DNA of 64,000 nucleotides, from assembly GCA_043228905.1 (NCBI GenBank), contig JBHGNT010000011.1:17050001-17114000 (forward strand), given 5' to 3'. The position numbers and the translations under genes were made by a program. Positions within the stretch are counted from its first letter, which is position 1, and each line of letters begins with the position of its first letter. This DNA comes from Azolla caroliniana (Eukaryota; Plantae; Polypodiophyta). Shown piece after piece: positions 23,903-37,900 of this stretch. The notes below the pieces were generated by a model. The model worked only from the letters and a program-made list of their open reading frames with translations. It was not told where the DNA came from and searched no databases.

Positions 23903-26625
23903 TTGAAATAAAGATCAGCCTTTCTTCACTTTGTCATGGAGAGGCCATGTAGCTTTGTTTCCTTAATTAGCCCTCCATCGGTTCAAGAGAAGGTACTTGA
24001 ATTCCCAAGATCTATAGGCTAGTCAAATGTCAAACAGTTTTCTTTCTTTGAAGGTATTTTGCTATCTTCAGGTTGGACCCTGCCCTTCACCCAGAACTCA
24101 CATTTTTTGGGCGGTTTGGTAACATCATTCTATTGTGGATTATGTGAATGTTATATGATCTTTTCATTGGCATTGGAAATGATAGCTATCTTGATACACA
24201 GGACCAAATGACAATGTCGTATTTGGGTATAAGCTCTATTGACCAAGAACTATTGTGACATTGGGTAGAACTAAGTGTAGAGGATCGTTGCGGTAAGGAC
24301 ATTTATCAGGTTAGTATGTATGTAATCTTATATATTATATATTATGCTACCCATGTGCTCATGAATAGTTAGTTCCATGTATGTGCATTTCATGCAACTA
24401 GATTCAAGAAAAGGTTAGTGATATATTTAATATTTAATTAGATTTGAAGATTGAGGATTTTTATTGAACATGAAAGTCAGATTCTAGGAACCTACTTCGA
24501 TTTTTCTGTCTTTCAAATGGAGCACAAGAAAATTGAAGTAATGTATTTTTTTTCTTAACAAAAGTTTTTATTGGATGTGTGTATAAGCATGCTGCACCTA
24601 GAGCTGAGTTCATAATGGGTTGAATTCATCTGACAATGTATATGTAACTATTACAACGTTCTCGAGCACAGTAATGTCAAGCTCATAAACACAAAAATGC
24701 ATTGCAATTAGTTTGTTAACTAATGAAATCATTAACATGGCATTTTGGCATATCTCGCTCATTACAAGTCCATAAGTGTAACCCCCCCCCCCCCCCCCCC
24801 CCCGCCCCCCCTTCGTCCTATAGCTTGTCTTCCAATAAAATGTATTAAGGAATTTCTTTCACAAAGTTAGTGCCTTACCAACATGTTCCAGGACATAGAA
24901 TTTTTACTGTTTGCTATTTGATTTTGGTAAATGACTTTATATTCTCTTTTATGATGACATTGAACATGTTCTCATTATACCAGAAATGTTTGGGTTCTCC
25001 TACGTGCTTACATTGACATTTTGACAGTCGAAACTGTGCAGTTTTATCGTGAACATAGGCTATCTATTGAGCACAAATTAGGTGTAAGTGGTATTTTCAT
25101 AGTATACAAAGATTTAGGTATGGAACTAATTTGCATTACTTCCACGGGAATATTTAAGAAGGTCAATGTCAAGTGGTTGGCACTTGAGGAATGCATCTTG
25201 TATGTTGTGCTACATGGAATCTGGTATATAAATATCTATGCATGGAACTAATCTCTATTGTTTATGTGTGAGTGTAACAAAGGCCATGTCAAATTGTTGG
25301 GCACTTCAGGAATCTGTATGTCTTGCATGTGCTCTCCTACATGGAATCCAAATATAGAATGATCGATGAATAATGTCTTGTATGGGGAACTTAAGGGTGA
25401 TCAATGTATTAATACTTGTGCAGAGATAGTTTTGGGGCATATTGAGACGGTTCATCACTGACTTCTTCAATGCAGAGATAGTTTTGCTCAAGTAGGTAGG
25501 ATTTAAGGTAAATGTAACAATGTTGATGTTGTGAAGTCATTTCTTATGAACAAAATTACATGTACATGATCCCAAACTTCAAATTTAATACGTTTTTATG
25601 ATGAGCTATGTCTAATTCAGGCAACACCAAATTGTTGATGTTGTAATGCTGTTTCTTATGATGAATTTGTTGATGTACATGATCTCAAACTTGAAATCTG
25701 AAAAGGTTTTACAATGAGCGTTCATTACTTTGCTGTATAAGCATAGGAATACAGAGAAATGCTCGTTTTCTTCAGGTATTATTCCACCTATTTGGTTGTG
25801 CACTATACAATTGAGAGCCTGTATGCGAACTCAATTGTATTGTTGCTATATGCCACATAGAAGTGGTCGATACCAATGATATTGTCCAAGCCCATTTGCA
25901 AATGATGCTTAACTATCTATCCTTCCATAAAGATCTTGTTTGGTTTAGTCTAACCAGATTGTTTTTAATAGTAAAAGTCTTATATTGAAATTACAAAATG
26001 GTTGTTTTATCATGGATCAAACCTTTACATAGGAGTTCCAATTGTATTTAGATGTATCACATATTACGTGTAGGGATAGGTCTACTTAAGGCTACCAAGA
26101 GCATGAATGAGATTCACATTGTGAATAATTGGTTAGCCAACTAAGGTTATAGGTATTTGCAAATCATGCATTCCAAATTATCCCATTTTATAAAGGGAAA
26201 TTCAAAAACTACTTTTAAACCAAGTAGCTATCCAGTGTTTGAAGTTAACTAATTATAGCTGAGCTCTTGGGACCAAGAGACATGCTTCAAGTACAACTAA
26301 ACCAAGGCAAAGTGCAAGACATGTATTGCTGGTTTTTGCAATGCGTGTAGTTAATGGCCTGAGTAGATCAATTTGATTGAGGATATGCAATTTTGGTCTT
26401 GCTTGAATGACAATTCCATTGTACATGTTGCAAGAATGTCTTAACAAACTATACTTATTTGAGGTGCTCATGATCTTCTTGATAAATGGGGTAATATACC
26501 AAGGCACTCTCAAAAGCTAACTTTAACTTTACTCACACTAACTAGAGATCAAACCAAGATGAGCAATTTGTGTTCTTTGGGGTTGCCTAAATGGTTAACC
26601 AACATTAATATTAGTAAAAGTGTGC

Positions 26626-26822
26626 AAAACTTTTGCCATGAATGTATACACCTAGCATCCCTCTAATACATGGTGATTGATGCATCAAACTTTCGCTACG
26701 AATGTAAAAACCTACGACCCCTCTAAAACATGGTGATTGACACATCAAACTTTTAGCATGAATCTATTGCCTAACATCCCTCTAAAACATGGTGATTGAT
26801 GTGTCAAACTTTTGTCATGAAT
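26626..26822. repeat. ~60-bp tandem repeat, about 3.3 copies
   Basis: Unit caaactttt..catgaat.ta...cctaacatccctctaa.acatggtgattga...t. Confidence 0.85.
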
Positions 26823-28514
26823 TGGTTGAAGTATAAAAATGTAGGTATAGAGGTGGTCAAACATCACTCATGTCTTCCTTAGGCCCATAAGCTCACCAAT
26901 AATGTGTGAAGGTGTCATTCATAAACGAGCAAACAAATGTTGAGAAAATGGGAGAATAAGAGAATATGATTGCATGGATCCCATAGATATGGGCCATATC
27001 ACCACCAAATCATGGCCATAATCACTCACTACCTTTTAAGCCACTCAAGGAATCCTAAGTAGTCAACATACTTTGATAATTGCCTTGTTCAACAAACCAA
27101 ATAAAACCACATCATGTCCCTTCAACACTTATCTCCAAGTACTTCTAAGTGTGTTACACGGGCAAGCTTTTGGGAATGCATTCAAAACTTATGAAGGAAA
27201 CTTTCATGCATGGCTTGGAAAGGGGGGAGGGGGTGGTAAGGGGCCTATCTATGTCAACCAAGAGCATGTTGATATTAATGAAAAGTAGCACTTGGTCATG
27301 TTCATTGCTAATTGAATTTTCATATACTAGTGGGTACCAACTTCCAAGATAGATTGCTATGGTCATTGTTGCAAAAGAAAAGCGCATTGAAGAGACGTGA
27401 TAATGCATTTGAATAGTTGTATAACATCCTATCGAAATGCTCACTTGCACAATAAAAGCCGATGATTGTAAACCATGACCTTCATCATGACATAATATTT
27501 ATCCACTTCATGTTTGTTAACTTGTCTCATTATCATTATCAACTGCAAAGACACTTTAGTAGTAAAATCATTTTCATGGATCCTTAAGAACCTAGAGTTT
27601 TTCCTTTTTACATATTTATAATATAGACTATTTCAACCACTAGTACACGTTATCCTTCTAGTGTGATGAACCAAGAATCAATCATCGTTGTTCCACCCAT
27701 GGTGGAGGTTAATATACATTTTCTCTCTCTTTGGGCTGGACCATCAAATCACGCACTCTCTCTCTCTCTCTCTCTCTCTAAGATTGAGCATTGCACCAAT
27801 ATCAATGCCTAGTAAGGGAGAATGAGATACAATTTTAACATCTGAAAGAAAGGAAGAAATAAAAGCATGAATGTTTAAACTCCAAGCAAAGACAATGTGG
27901 ACACAAATTAACAAAGAAAACAAAATTGAGAAAAAAATTCATAGACAAAGTGATGTAACAATATGGGTTTAGGGATATACATACATTATGGGATAACATA
28001 TGCAATATCAAGGTTTGAAACACAAAACAATAAATGTGAGAAAATGTTAACAAAGGAGAAAAGTAGATGTCCAATGGCAATGTGGTACATTCAATTGTAA
28101 TGATCAATGAACTCTTGAAATCGGCAAGTCGCATACCACCAATAGATGAAACGCACCATGGATCAAGCATTTAATAAGGTTTTCCAATAGATTGGCTCAT
28201 GAATTGGATTCAACCAATCCACAAGGAGATACACATAAGTTTAAGTAAACCTTTGATCCACAAGGGTGACATGCTCCATTCGAGAGGGCATTGTTCAACA
28301 TGTCGTAGAAGTGAAGTGTAAATTCTATGGAAAGTCATCCTAGCGGGCACTAGACATGTTGCCATTGTCCACACATGTCAAACACCACATAATGTGTGCA
28401 TACCGTTACTAGGAATTTCAAACTTCTTCTTTGAATGGAAGTAATCTGTGGATTGCGTGTGTCGGGGGTGTGTCTAATTATCGATCGAGGCAATGCAGAC
28501 AAAACACATGCGCG

Positions 28515-28522
<8 letters not shown>

Positions 28523-28557
<35 letters not shown>

Positions 28558-28652
28558 TTATGATGCGAGGTTATCATGAACGTCGGAGGTGACCGCAAAA
28601 TGTCTTCATTTCGTTTATATGAGGATATCGAGAACATTCAAAAAAGCTTTTC

Positions 28653-28688
<36 letters not shown>

Positions 28689-28783
28689 TTATGATGCGAG
28701 GTTATCATGAACGTCGGAGGTGACCGCAAAATGTCTTCATTTCGTTTATATGAGGATATCGAGAACATTCAAAAAAGCTTTTC

Positions 28784-28837
<54 letters not shown>

Positions 28838-29000
28838 TTATGATGCGAGGTTATCATGAACGTCCGAGGTGACTGCAAAATGTCTTCATTTCGTTTATAT
28901 GAGGATATCGAGAACATTCAAAAAAGCTTTTCATTTTACCGCAATGTGTCTTCGTTTCGTTTACGAGGGTATGAAATGAAGAACATTCAAAAAAGCTTTA
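28523..29000. repeat. Compound tandem repeat: (CA)n plus a ~100-bp unit, 3 full copies and one partial
   Basis: gacttatgatgcgaggttatcatgaacgtc.gaggtgac.gcaaaatgtcttcatttcgtttatatgaggatatcgagaacattcaaaaaagcttttcattt repeats almost identically, separated by CA tracts of different length. Confidence 0.95.
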
Positions 29001-29070
29001 CATTTTACCAGACCACACACACACAATTGGGCACTGTATTTTGAACAGCTCATAACTTTGCGAGACGGAG

Positions 29071-29080
29071 AAACCCTAAT
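29071..29080 (+). promoter_or_regulatory. Telo-box (AAACCCTA) near the probable TSS of the SR gene
   Basis: aaaccctaat lies upstream of a GC-richer leader with a candidate donor cag|gttctc near 29194. Telo-boxes are typical of plant gene-expression housekeeping promoters. Confidence 0.5.
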
Positions 29081-30339
29081 GTGCCCGATGTTCTTGAACA
29101 CGCAGAGAGTGTAAGCAGAAGGACGAGGACGTGGTGGTAGGGCAGGCAACGCTTGCGTGCGATAAGATCGATCGACCGATCCAAGCTATACACAGGTTCT
29201 CTCCTTGATAAAAATCCATCTCATTTGTCTGTTTGACAAGCCTTCGCTTGCTCCGGAGAAAATCGCGTCTTGTCATCGAGTATTCTTTTTTTTTTTTCCC
29301 TGTTTTGTTTGAGCGGCTCTTATGGAATGTGTTGTCAATTCAGTGTTTTGCTTCCTTCCTTCACGTAGATCTGTGCAACTACACATGGATCTTAACCTCG
29401 TAGTTGGCCTTTCGCTTCTGTGGTTTCACGAGAGAGACTTCTTGATTTCCGTACTCTTCATTTCGAAAGGACGCTGATGCAATAATGCAGTGTCTGTAAG
29501 AAAAACCCGAGCTTAGTGCAATTTTACATTGTTAAAATTTGCGGTCACTCCTAAAACCTAGGCTTGAGGGTTTGAATAAGGATCCTGCAACCTAAATAAG
29601 GTTCTACGAAAGTTTTAAAAGAAATTGCCTCTCAACAACTGTTGAAAATTATGTTGTGGTCACATCTTAATTTTACTGTTCTGTTTTGGATTCTGAACTC
29701 ATGGATCTGAGAAAAAGCTACGACCTTACTGAAATCCTCTAAGAGAAAACCTCCACAATCTTGAATTTTTTCCCTTCCACAATGATCATAAATGACGTTT
29801 TTTGACTCTTTGCTAAAATTATTTTCTTTCTCTTTGTGATAATTCTTTTCTATACGATTTTGCTCCATTTATGAGTCATTTTAACCATTGACTAAACAGG
29901 AGCATCTATTTTTGTGAACACTGACTCATGGTATTCTACATAGTAAGTGAGATGAACATAATATTATTGTTGATGGATAGCTGATTGAAGCTTTCACAGA
30001 TGAACACTTTATGTACAATTCAACATGGTCCCTTTTTCCTCTTTAATTTGGAAATATTATCTAATCGTATCTATAAATTTACACCATGATTGTTAGTGAC
30101 ATGACCGTCACTTCATTGATGATGTATAGGTCAGTAGAGCACTTACTTTTCCCTCCCTCTTGAACTTTTTCCAAGAATGTATTTGATAGCTATTTCTCTT
30201 GCATCATAACCGGAAGTAATGTGTCAATGACATTGTTGACAATGAGTAAATTTAAACAGGAGCTCTTGTGATGTCTCCTCCTTCTTCCTCTTTATTGATC
30301 TCACAAGTTAGGTATGAAGTTGTGTCACAGTATCAAATT

Positions 30340-30670
30340 GTAACGAATTTAAGCGCATGTAAAGTATGCAATGAAGGCATGGTAGAGGATGAATGTCACT
30401 TGCTCTTCACATGCTCGGCATATAGTGCAATTCGTTCAAGATATGATGACATATTAAGAGGGAGTGATAACTTAAGTGCCATACTTAAGACACCACCTAG
30501 AAGTTTGAGCTCATATGTGTATGCCTTATTCACGCATAGAGACGTTGTGCTTCAATGTATGAATACCCCTTTTTAGGAAGGAGACGCATATCAGGAACAC
30601 ATGTATACTCTGGTCCCATAGGTCAAAATTGGCCTTTTTATGGATGATAAAAAATCCTAATTCTAATTCC
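30340..30670 (+). mobile_element. 3' fragment of a non-LTR retrotransposon in the SR 5'-UTR intron
   Basis: CKVCNEGMVEDECHLLFTCSAYSAIR matches the CX2C...EX3HX4C zinc finger C-terminal to LINE RT, followed by a short A-rich/repeat tail. Confidence 0.75.
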
Positions 30671-31637
30671 AGGTGGTTTTAAAGAGACATTTTTCCGATC
30701 AAACTAATATGCATTTATGGTATTATTGCATTTTGATATGTAGAGGGATGACACCATGATTGTAAGTGACATGACTGGCCGTAACATTATTGATGATGGG
30801 TATATATATGAATGGAACCCGGATGGAGGAGCTCCTCTGATGTCAGTTGCCTATTTTTTCTCCGATTTAGTTGGATTTATAAAGTCATTTTGATATTGAA
30901 GCTTCTTTATGCTTGTTGTTAGTTTAGCTTGGACCATGATTGTAAGTGAATTATCATAACATTATTGTTGATGGATAGATTAATGGAGCTTGGACAGAGG
31001 AGCTCTTCACATGCAATAGTATGGTCATATCTAGGAGCAAAACTGGTCAATTTTGTACCTTGTCCCCTTTTTTCCATCATAAGTTGGATTTAAAGAAACA
31101 TTTATCAGAATGAAGTTAATATGAACTCATGATATTAATGCATTTTGATAGCTAGTTTGGCTTGCATCATAATTGTAAATGGCATGACCATAAGATTATT
31201 GTTTATGGATAGATGAATGGAGCTTGGACAGAGGAGCTCTTCACATGCAGTAGTATGGTAGTTGGGAATGAGGGGAGAAAGCGTGTTCGTGTGCAATTTA
31301 TGAGTATTATGTGTGGACTTTGGAACCATGTTTAGGAGATGGATGGAGGGAGATAAATGGGTTAAGTTTGATAAGTTGCATCTAATGGCAGAGAAGAAAG
31401 CATGGAAGCTCCACTCAATTCAAATAAAATCCTCTTGGTTTGACTCATAGCATCCAATCTCTAGCCCAAATATGAATTCAAGACCACCTCTGTACTCTTT
31501 TATCTGTGGTTGATTGACTGGCTATTGTTAGTCTTGGAAGAGGGTATGATAATGAATCTATACTATTGTAATGATAGTTCAATTTTACAAGTGCAGTGTG
31601 GTGACTAAGGTCGAAATTCAGCACGTGAAGTGCAGCT

Positions 31638-32529
31638 ATGAGCCATCGGTCAAGTCGGACAATTTATGTGGGAAATCTTCCTGGGGATATCCGTGAAGAA
31701 GAGGTTGAGGACCTCTTTCACAAGGTTAGTGTAGATATTATGCAGCAATGATTTCACATCCTCCACTGATTGTCTTCTGAAGGCTAAAAGTTGGGCTAAT
31801 TCTTTTGCTTCCTAATGTGGCTTTGCAGTATGGACCTATTGTTGATATTGATATGAAGCAGCCACCTCGTCCTCCGGGCTATTGCTTTGTTGAGGTGAAG
31901 TATCAAAACTTGATTTTTGGTGAGTTATAACACATGTCTGAGAGTTGACTCATGATCGTTGAATTTCTGTAGTTTGAAGATGAGCAAGATGCAGAAGATG
32001 CAATAAGAGGTCGTGATGGATATAGCTTTGACGGACATCACATAAGGGTATGTTGTAGAAATGGGAAGCTTGATGCTATCGGTATTTTGAAGGAATTGTG
32101 AATTTATGCTGGTAAAGGTGTATCTCCAATTTGAGGATCTTTGTAGTTACTTTCATGAGTGTCTGTCTTTACATCTGTTGCTCAAATATTTGGTATATAA
32201 TGATGTGATGAACATTTTTGCATCGTATTTATAAGCTTCATAGTTATAATTAATGTCTAATAATAACTTTTCAGAAAAGTGATTAAACCAAAGTTATCTT
32301 TTTATCCACTTCTTTTTGTGCAGAAAAGGGTGTCTTTGCCATTTGAGGGTCTTCATATAGTTTTTATCTTGTATATTCCATAGGACCCCAATGTTTTTAA
32401 TGGGTCACTCATTATATCATGTATGGTAAAATTAGGGAATCTGAATGTGACTGTTGGACAATGTAGCTGTAAGGCAGGCTAATTCCATGAACACATTATA
32501 ATTGTTTTGTTGCATTTAGTTCTTGGTTC

Positions 32530-32560
<31 letters not shown>

Positions 32561-34982
32561 TTCAAGAATCGTTATGAGTTGTAATTTCACCTAATGCATT
32601 AATATCATTATTATGTATCTTCAGGAAAGCTAAAGCTTTTATTTTTCCAGTTTGGATAATGTGAAGATACTTATATTCGTAATCATTATTTGTCTGTCTC
32701 TTAGGCAAACGTTTGCCTCTTGTAGATGTTTATCTATCTTTATTTCTCTCTAAATTCATAAGCCCAGTATTCTGCTTTTGCAAAATTTTATTTTTGTCTG
32801 CACATTGTAGTGTATTGTTGTGAATCACAGTGACTCGCATGATTTAATTTTCTTTACATGTAGGTTGAATTGGCGCATGGAGGTCGAGGCCCATCTTCTT
32901 CTTCTGATCGGAACAGTAACCATAGTTATACAGGTGGAAGAGTGGGTGGCGTGTCAAGACGGTCAGATTTTCGGGGTAAGCAATTCATGCGCAAGCTTAT
33001 TGTTATGTTATTGTATTGCACTTTATTTCCCTTTGATCTAAAACTTATCTGACGTATGATTATTTAAATGTAGTTGTTGTAACTGGGTTGCCACCATCAG
33101 CTTCTTGGCAGGATCTCAAGGTTTAATGGATATTTTTTTGTTTTGTCTGTACTTCTTGTCACTTCCTTGCTTTATTGCATTGTTATTGTGGCTGTGTAGG
33201 ATCATATGCGCCGGGCTGGTGGCGAGGTTTGTTTTGCTCAGGTTTTTCGGGATGGACGAGGTGAGCATTTGTATCTGACTTTATTTGTATTATGGTCTTT
33301 AAAACTTTCTGTTTGGTTTTTTACAAATCTGCAATTGATTTATTCTGTGCATGGCTAACATTGTGTCTTATTTTAGGACTTGTGGGCATAGTAGATTATA
33401 CGAATTATGATGATATGAAACATGCGGTATGGATAACTCAAACTTGAGAAGTACATTGTTATATTTATATAGTTCTGTGTTTGTCAAAATCTGAGGGCAA
33501 CAAAGCGTGAACTCCTTGATTTTGGTTCGTCATGTTATGGCGGTCCTGATGTTCTAAGTGGCTGAACATATTAATGCTATGCATATCTTGCCTATGCTTA
33601 AAGAGAGAAGGAAATTCGTTTGTTTCTAAATACTGAGCATATTAATGATCTGCATAGAGATTATGGCTTATACTCTTAACTATGGTTGTATGGGTCTGTT
33701 CAATTTGAGTCCATGAGCAGTAAATCGATTGGATATATGTCTATGCAGATACGGAAATTGGATGACTCAGAGTTTAGGAATCCTTTTGCCAAAGGATATA
33801 TAAGGGTAAGTCTGAGGAATCCACCAAACTTTATTTTATTTGATTATCTTGAAGAAACCAGTCTTAACAACCTTGGCTGCAGGTAAAAGAAGATAGAAGT
33901 AAGGGAAAGAGAAGTCGAAGCCGTAGTCGTAGCCGTAGCCGTGGTCATAGGAGTCGAAGCCCCACAAGGAGCCGTAGCCGGAGCTTGAGCCGCAGTGCTA
34001 GCCGCAGCCGCAGCCGCAGTGCTAGCTATGATAGAAGTCCCCGCAGGTGAGAATGTTCATTTTTATTTTTATTTTCCTTTTGTTATAAATGATTTGGAAA
34101 AACTATGGAATACCCTAAGTTTTCTTCATTTCCTGGGTATTCCAGAGTTTTTTTTCAAATCTTCTCAATTGTTGTGTATGATTGCTAGTCTTTGAGAACC
34201 TTTAAGACACTACATGCATGTAAGCTTTGGGTAAGTTCAGATGATGTATTAGAATTATGTTTATGGAGAACAGTGAACACAACATACCCAACTGTTTTTA
34301 TATTTACCAGAAGATCCTTAAGTTTCCAAAAATGACTAGAATACACTTTGTAGAAATAATTTGAAGGACATTTTGGTAATTCTGGGAATACCTGGGTAGT
34401 CTGGTAAATACCAAACAAGTTATGGTACTCCAGTGTATTTCACCTGATATTATGATTGAGTACTTTACACACTGTTGTGCTGAACCTCTTGTTTTCTTGT
34501 TTTCTTTGTAAAGCCGTAAGGCTCCCAGAAGTAGATCAAGATCCAGGTCAAGGTCACGTTCAAAATCCAGAACTCCTTCACGGTTTGTTTTGCTAGCATA
34601 CCGATTATTCCGATTCAGGGTTTGGCAAACTTTGTCTGTATATGTTATGACTGTGGAATGCTATTTGCTGCAGTAGACAAAGCCAGAGTCCTAGTCCTAC
34701 CCGGGTTAAATCAAGGTCCCCTTCTAGTTCGGTAAGTATGATCTAGTTCGGTAAGTATGATGTAAACTTTAAATTCATATGACCTTGACAACCTAATGTA
34801 CTCCGTCATCTTATTCAAGCAGCCTCGAAAACCAGACCGGAGCATAAGTAAAAGCCCAATACGAAATAAGAGAAGTCGATCAGTCTCTGCGGTATATTAT
34901 TATTTCTGTTTGTTAATATGTTGAATTGCCGATTGCCATTCTATTTTGCTAAGTGTAAGAATATCCTTTTCAGGAAGGTTAG
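31638..34982 (+). CDS. SR protein, SF2/ASF subfamily (SR30/SR34-like)
   Basis: 13 coding exons: 31638-31724, 31829-31894, 31973-32047, 32864-32975, 33074-33120, 33200-33260, 33377-33426, 33749-33805, 33883-34046, 34514-34582, 34674-34731, 34823-34891, 34974-34982. Contains RRM1 ([21 protein letters not shown]), the pseudo-RRM SWQDLKDHMR and an RS domain. Confidence 0.93.
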
Positions 34983-37900
34983 ACACAATTGCAAAAACCG
35001 TCAACAGCATAAAACCTCATGTTTCTGTCTATTGTCAGCATCTCCAGATGCTTCACTTTAATGGCCACATTTATGTGGTCCGGCTGGCATCTATTTAGGT
35101 TTCTCTCCGTATTGGCAGTCTAGTAGTTTTTTGGGAATTCTAACTGTTTTGACACTTATGATTGCACATTTCTTGTGGACAAGCTTGCCTCTTGAGGCAT
35201 CTATCTGTAACTGTTCTTTTGCTATTTGCAAATTGTATGCTGAGAACAATGTAACTTGCTTTAGTTTTAATATTTTTGTTATGTCTGAAAACCCATGGTA
35301 TAGCAGACTTTGCTTGCTTTCATGAATTTATGTAAATTGCATGTGTTACATTCTATCCAATATATTAGTTTGGAACATTTTGAAGCTTTTTAACATTTGA
35401 GTTTATGTGAATGGTATATAATCATGTGATTAGAAACATAGATGAGTCATGAGTTTAAACTTTCTTGATGCGAGATTGTTTTTCCCCATTGCTAATTAAA
35501 TTTGTGACCAAGTCCCTTAAGAGTTAAGTACAAGCACATATGTAGATGGGTGGTATTTCCTAATTTGACCAGAACATCTAATGTTGGAATTTAAAAGGTG
35601 TTTTCTATTGGACTTCTCTCTGTTTCGGGTATATTTCTTTTGAAGAAATTTAATTATGTATATTCTTTTATGCAATCACCCATTATATTTCCATTGCATT
35701 TCAATTCTTGGAAAAAGGTTGGATGGTATAAATATGAAAATGAATTGGAGATGGTGTTGCTTATAAGAAGATTTTGAATACCATAAGAACATACCATCGT
35801 GTGTTTCCAAGGAGAGCCATTGCTGTTCGGGGACTTTATATGGCCTTACACCCCCCTAATCCCAAGCATCGAAATAGGAAAATGCATCATCTAAGTGATG
35901 CTAGGATACTATCTATACATGTCAGTCACAAAAGTCTAAGGGCCAAGAGGTAACTTTTAGCTTTATAGAGTATTGAATGGTCTTTGCCAACGATAGAGAA
36001 TATCACCCATCATGAAGAGGTATATCTATGCATATGCATGTTAAGAGCAGACATGTGTGTAGATATTTCAGGATTGATTCACTTCTTGTTTCGATACACT
36101 TGATTCACTTCTTGTTTCTCCGAGTCATACTTTAATTTTAAAGACAATATTTTGAAAGAGGAGAAAGACTACAAATTTTCAGCTCTATTGAGCCATCCAT
36201 GCTCAATGCAAAACATCGACAGTCTATGTTATCTTTCTTTAATTTGTTACACCAATGGATTTTCCGTGCCCTGCACACCAAATTGACATTTGCTATTATA
36301 ACTATGAGGTAAATGTGCAGTTCTTCTTGGTTTTCAATTAAATCTTTTTACCGCATTTCTTGGTATTCTTCATACAACAAAATCTTGTTCCTGTCCTTAT
36401 CTATGATTAATTTTGTAGGATTAGAGAATCTTTTGCACCTCTCAATAATCTTTCATGCCACACCTCTCAACCATGAGGATATTCACAATATGGTACTTCT
36501 ACAAATGTGCAATAATGTTTTTGCGCAAATGGTGTAAAACACCAATGATTTAACATAGAGAATAATAACAAAAATAGTGTGAGTTATTTGTTATATTTTA
36601 AGTGGGTATCTTTGGGTTGCGTACATCAAATTTTACTTCGATAATAATATTGCATAATTGGTTCACGACTTTGTACAGTGACCAAAAATATGTGGAAGGA
36701 TTTGAGTAATTGAATAACCATCGTGTAAGACTTATATTTATGCAAAGATGGCGATGTATACATTACAAAAGATAAAGTTTGAAATTGAATCAATACTAAT
36801 GGGATACAAATGGGAAGCTTTCAAGAAAATCATTTTCTCATGAACACAACATTGCTTTTCGGTTAGCACTTATGCCTTGTAATAATACTAATAAATGTAA
36901 GTCAAGGAAAAAAATGGTTTGGTGATAAGGAATGCCATGATGATCAAAAGTACTTTAAAACTTCAGTCACAATTGAAGATAATGAAAACAATTGATAGTA
37001 TCTATATGGATAAAAAGCCTTCTTAAAATAAAGGGAAGATGTGGTAAGTTAATTTACAATTTCTTGGCTCCAGCCTCCCAATAGAAGTAAATGTATGTGG
37101 TGATTTTTTCAAAAATCTAAACTCGGAACATATTGACATTTGATATAAATAAAATCTTGTGAACTTGTATATCCATTGTAAAAACTTATTTGAGCACTCA
37201 AATGTGGGAAATATGACATGCATGTTCTCTTCTACAAATGCCTTCAACTTTATTGATCCATAGAAATAGACATATATGAAAAGTGTAGATCTATCAAATT
37301 TTCAATGGAAATCTTTTACTAGATTTGTTGCGAGTCTTAAGAGTGTTGTGGGTGATATGCCTCGTCTAGACAAATAATGACACGATTCAAACTAATGTTT
37401 CTCCATATCAATCCATGTGGGGATTTGTACATAATTGTCTCATTTGTAAAATTTTATAACTAATGGAAGGAGTTTTGTTTTTGGAAAAAAATAAAAAATC
37501 CATATGGGGATGTAAGAAATGGCCATAATAATTTACTATATCGAGTGTTTACTAACATAAATGCATAAGTGCCACATATTCAATAGATGAGCTTGTTCAA
37601 TATTTTCCCTTTTGTTTCTTATGAATTTGTACGTGAGAGATTTGATATTTGAGTTCATATAAGCCTTTCCAGCGTCTCTTGATAATGTCAATGTGAGATT
37701 TATTAAATGAAACTCAGTATTTTCCAAGTGCCCACTACCTCTTACAAATTTGAATGTGAAAATATGCTTAACCTAAGATATTAATCTATGTCTAAACTCT
37801 AAAATGCAAGAACTTTCATAGCACACATGAATGATTGATGATCTTACACATTCTCAATCATTGGGCTTCATGAATAAGGGTACTTTAAAGGGTGGACCCT

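Noticed and set aside
24782-24811. Long C/G homopolymers (also 46597-46622 and 57226-57251) as functional G-quadruplexes
   Set aside because: Simple runs of unreliable length, with no evidence of function.
26626-29000. Tandem arrays at 26.6 kb and 28.5 kb as CRISPR-like
   Set aside because: No unique spacers, no cas genes, and the context is eukaryotic. They are ordinary tandem repeats.
34961-34970. ATATCCTT as an AT-AC donor in the SR gene
   Set aside because: It lies in the pyrimidine tract of a normal GT-AG intron and is not needed for the reading frame.
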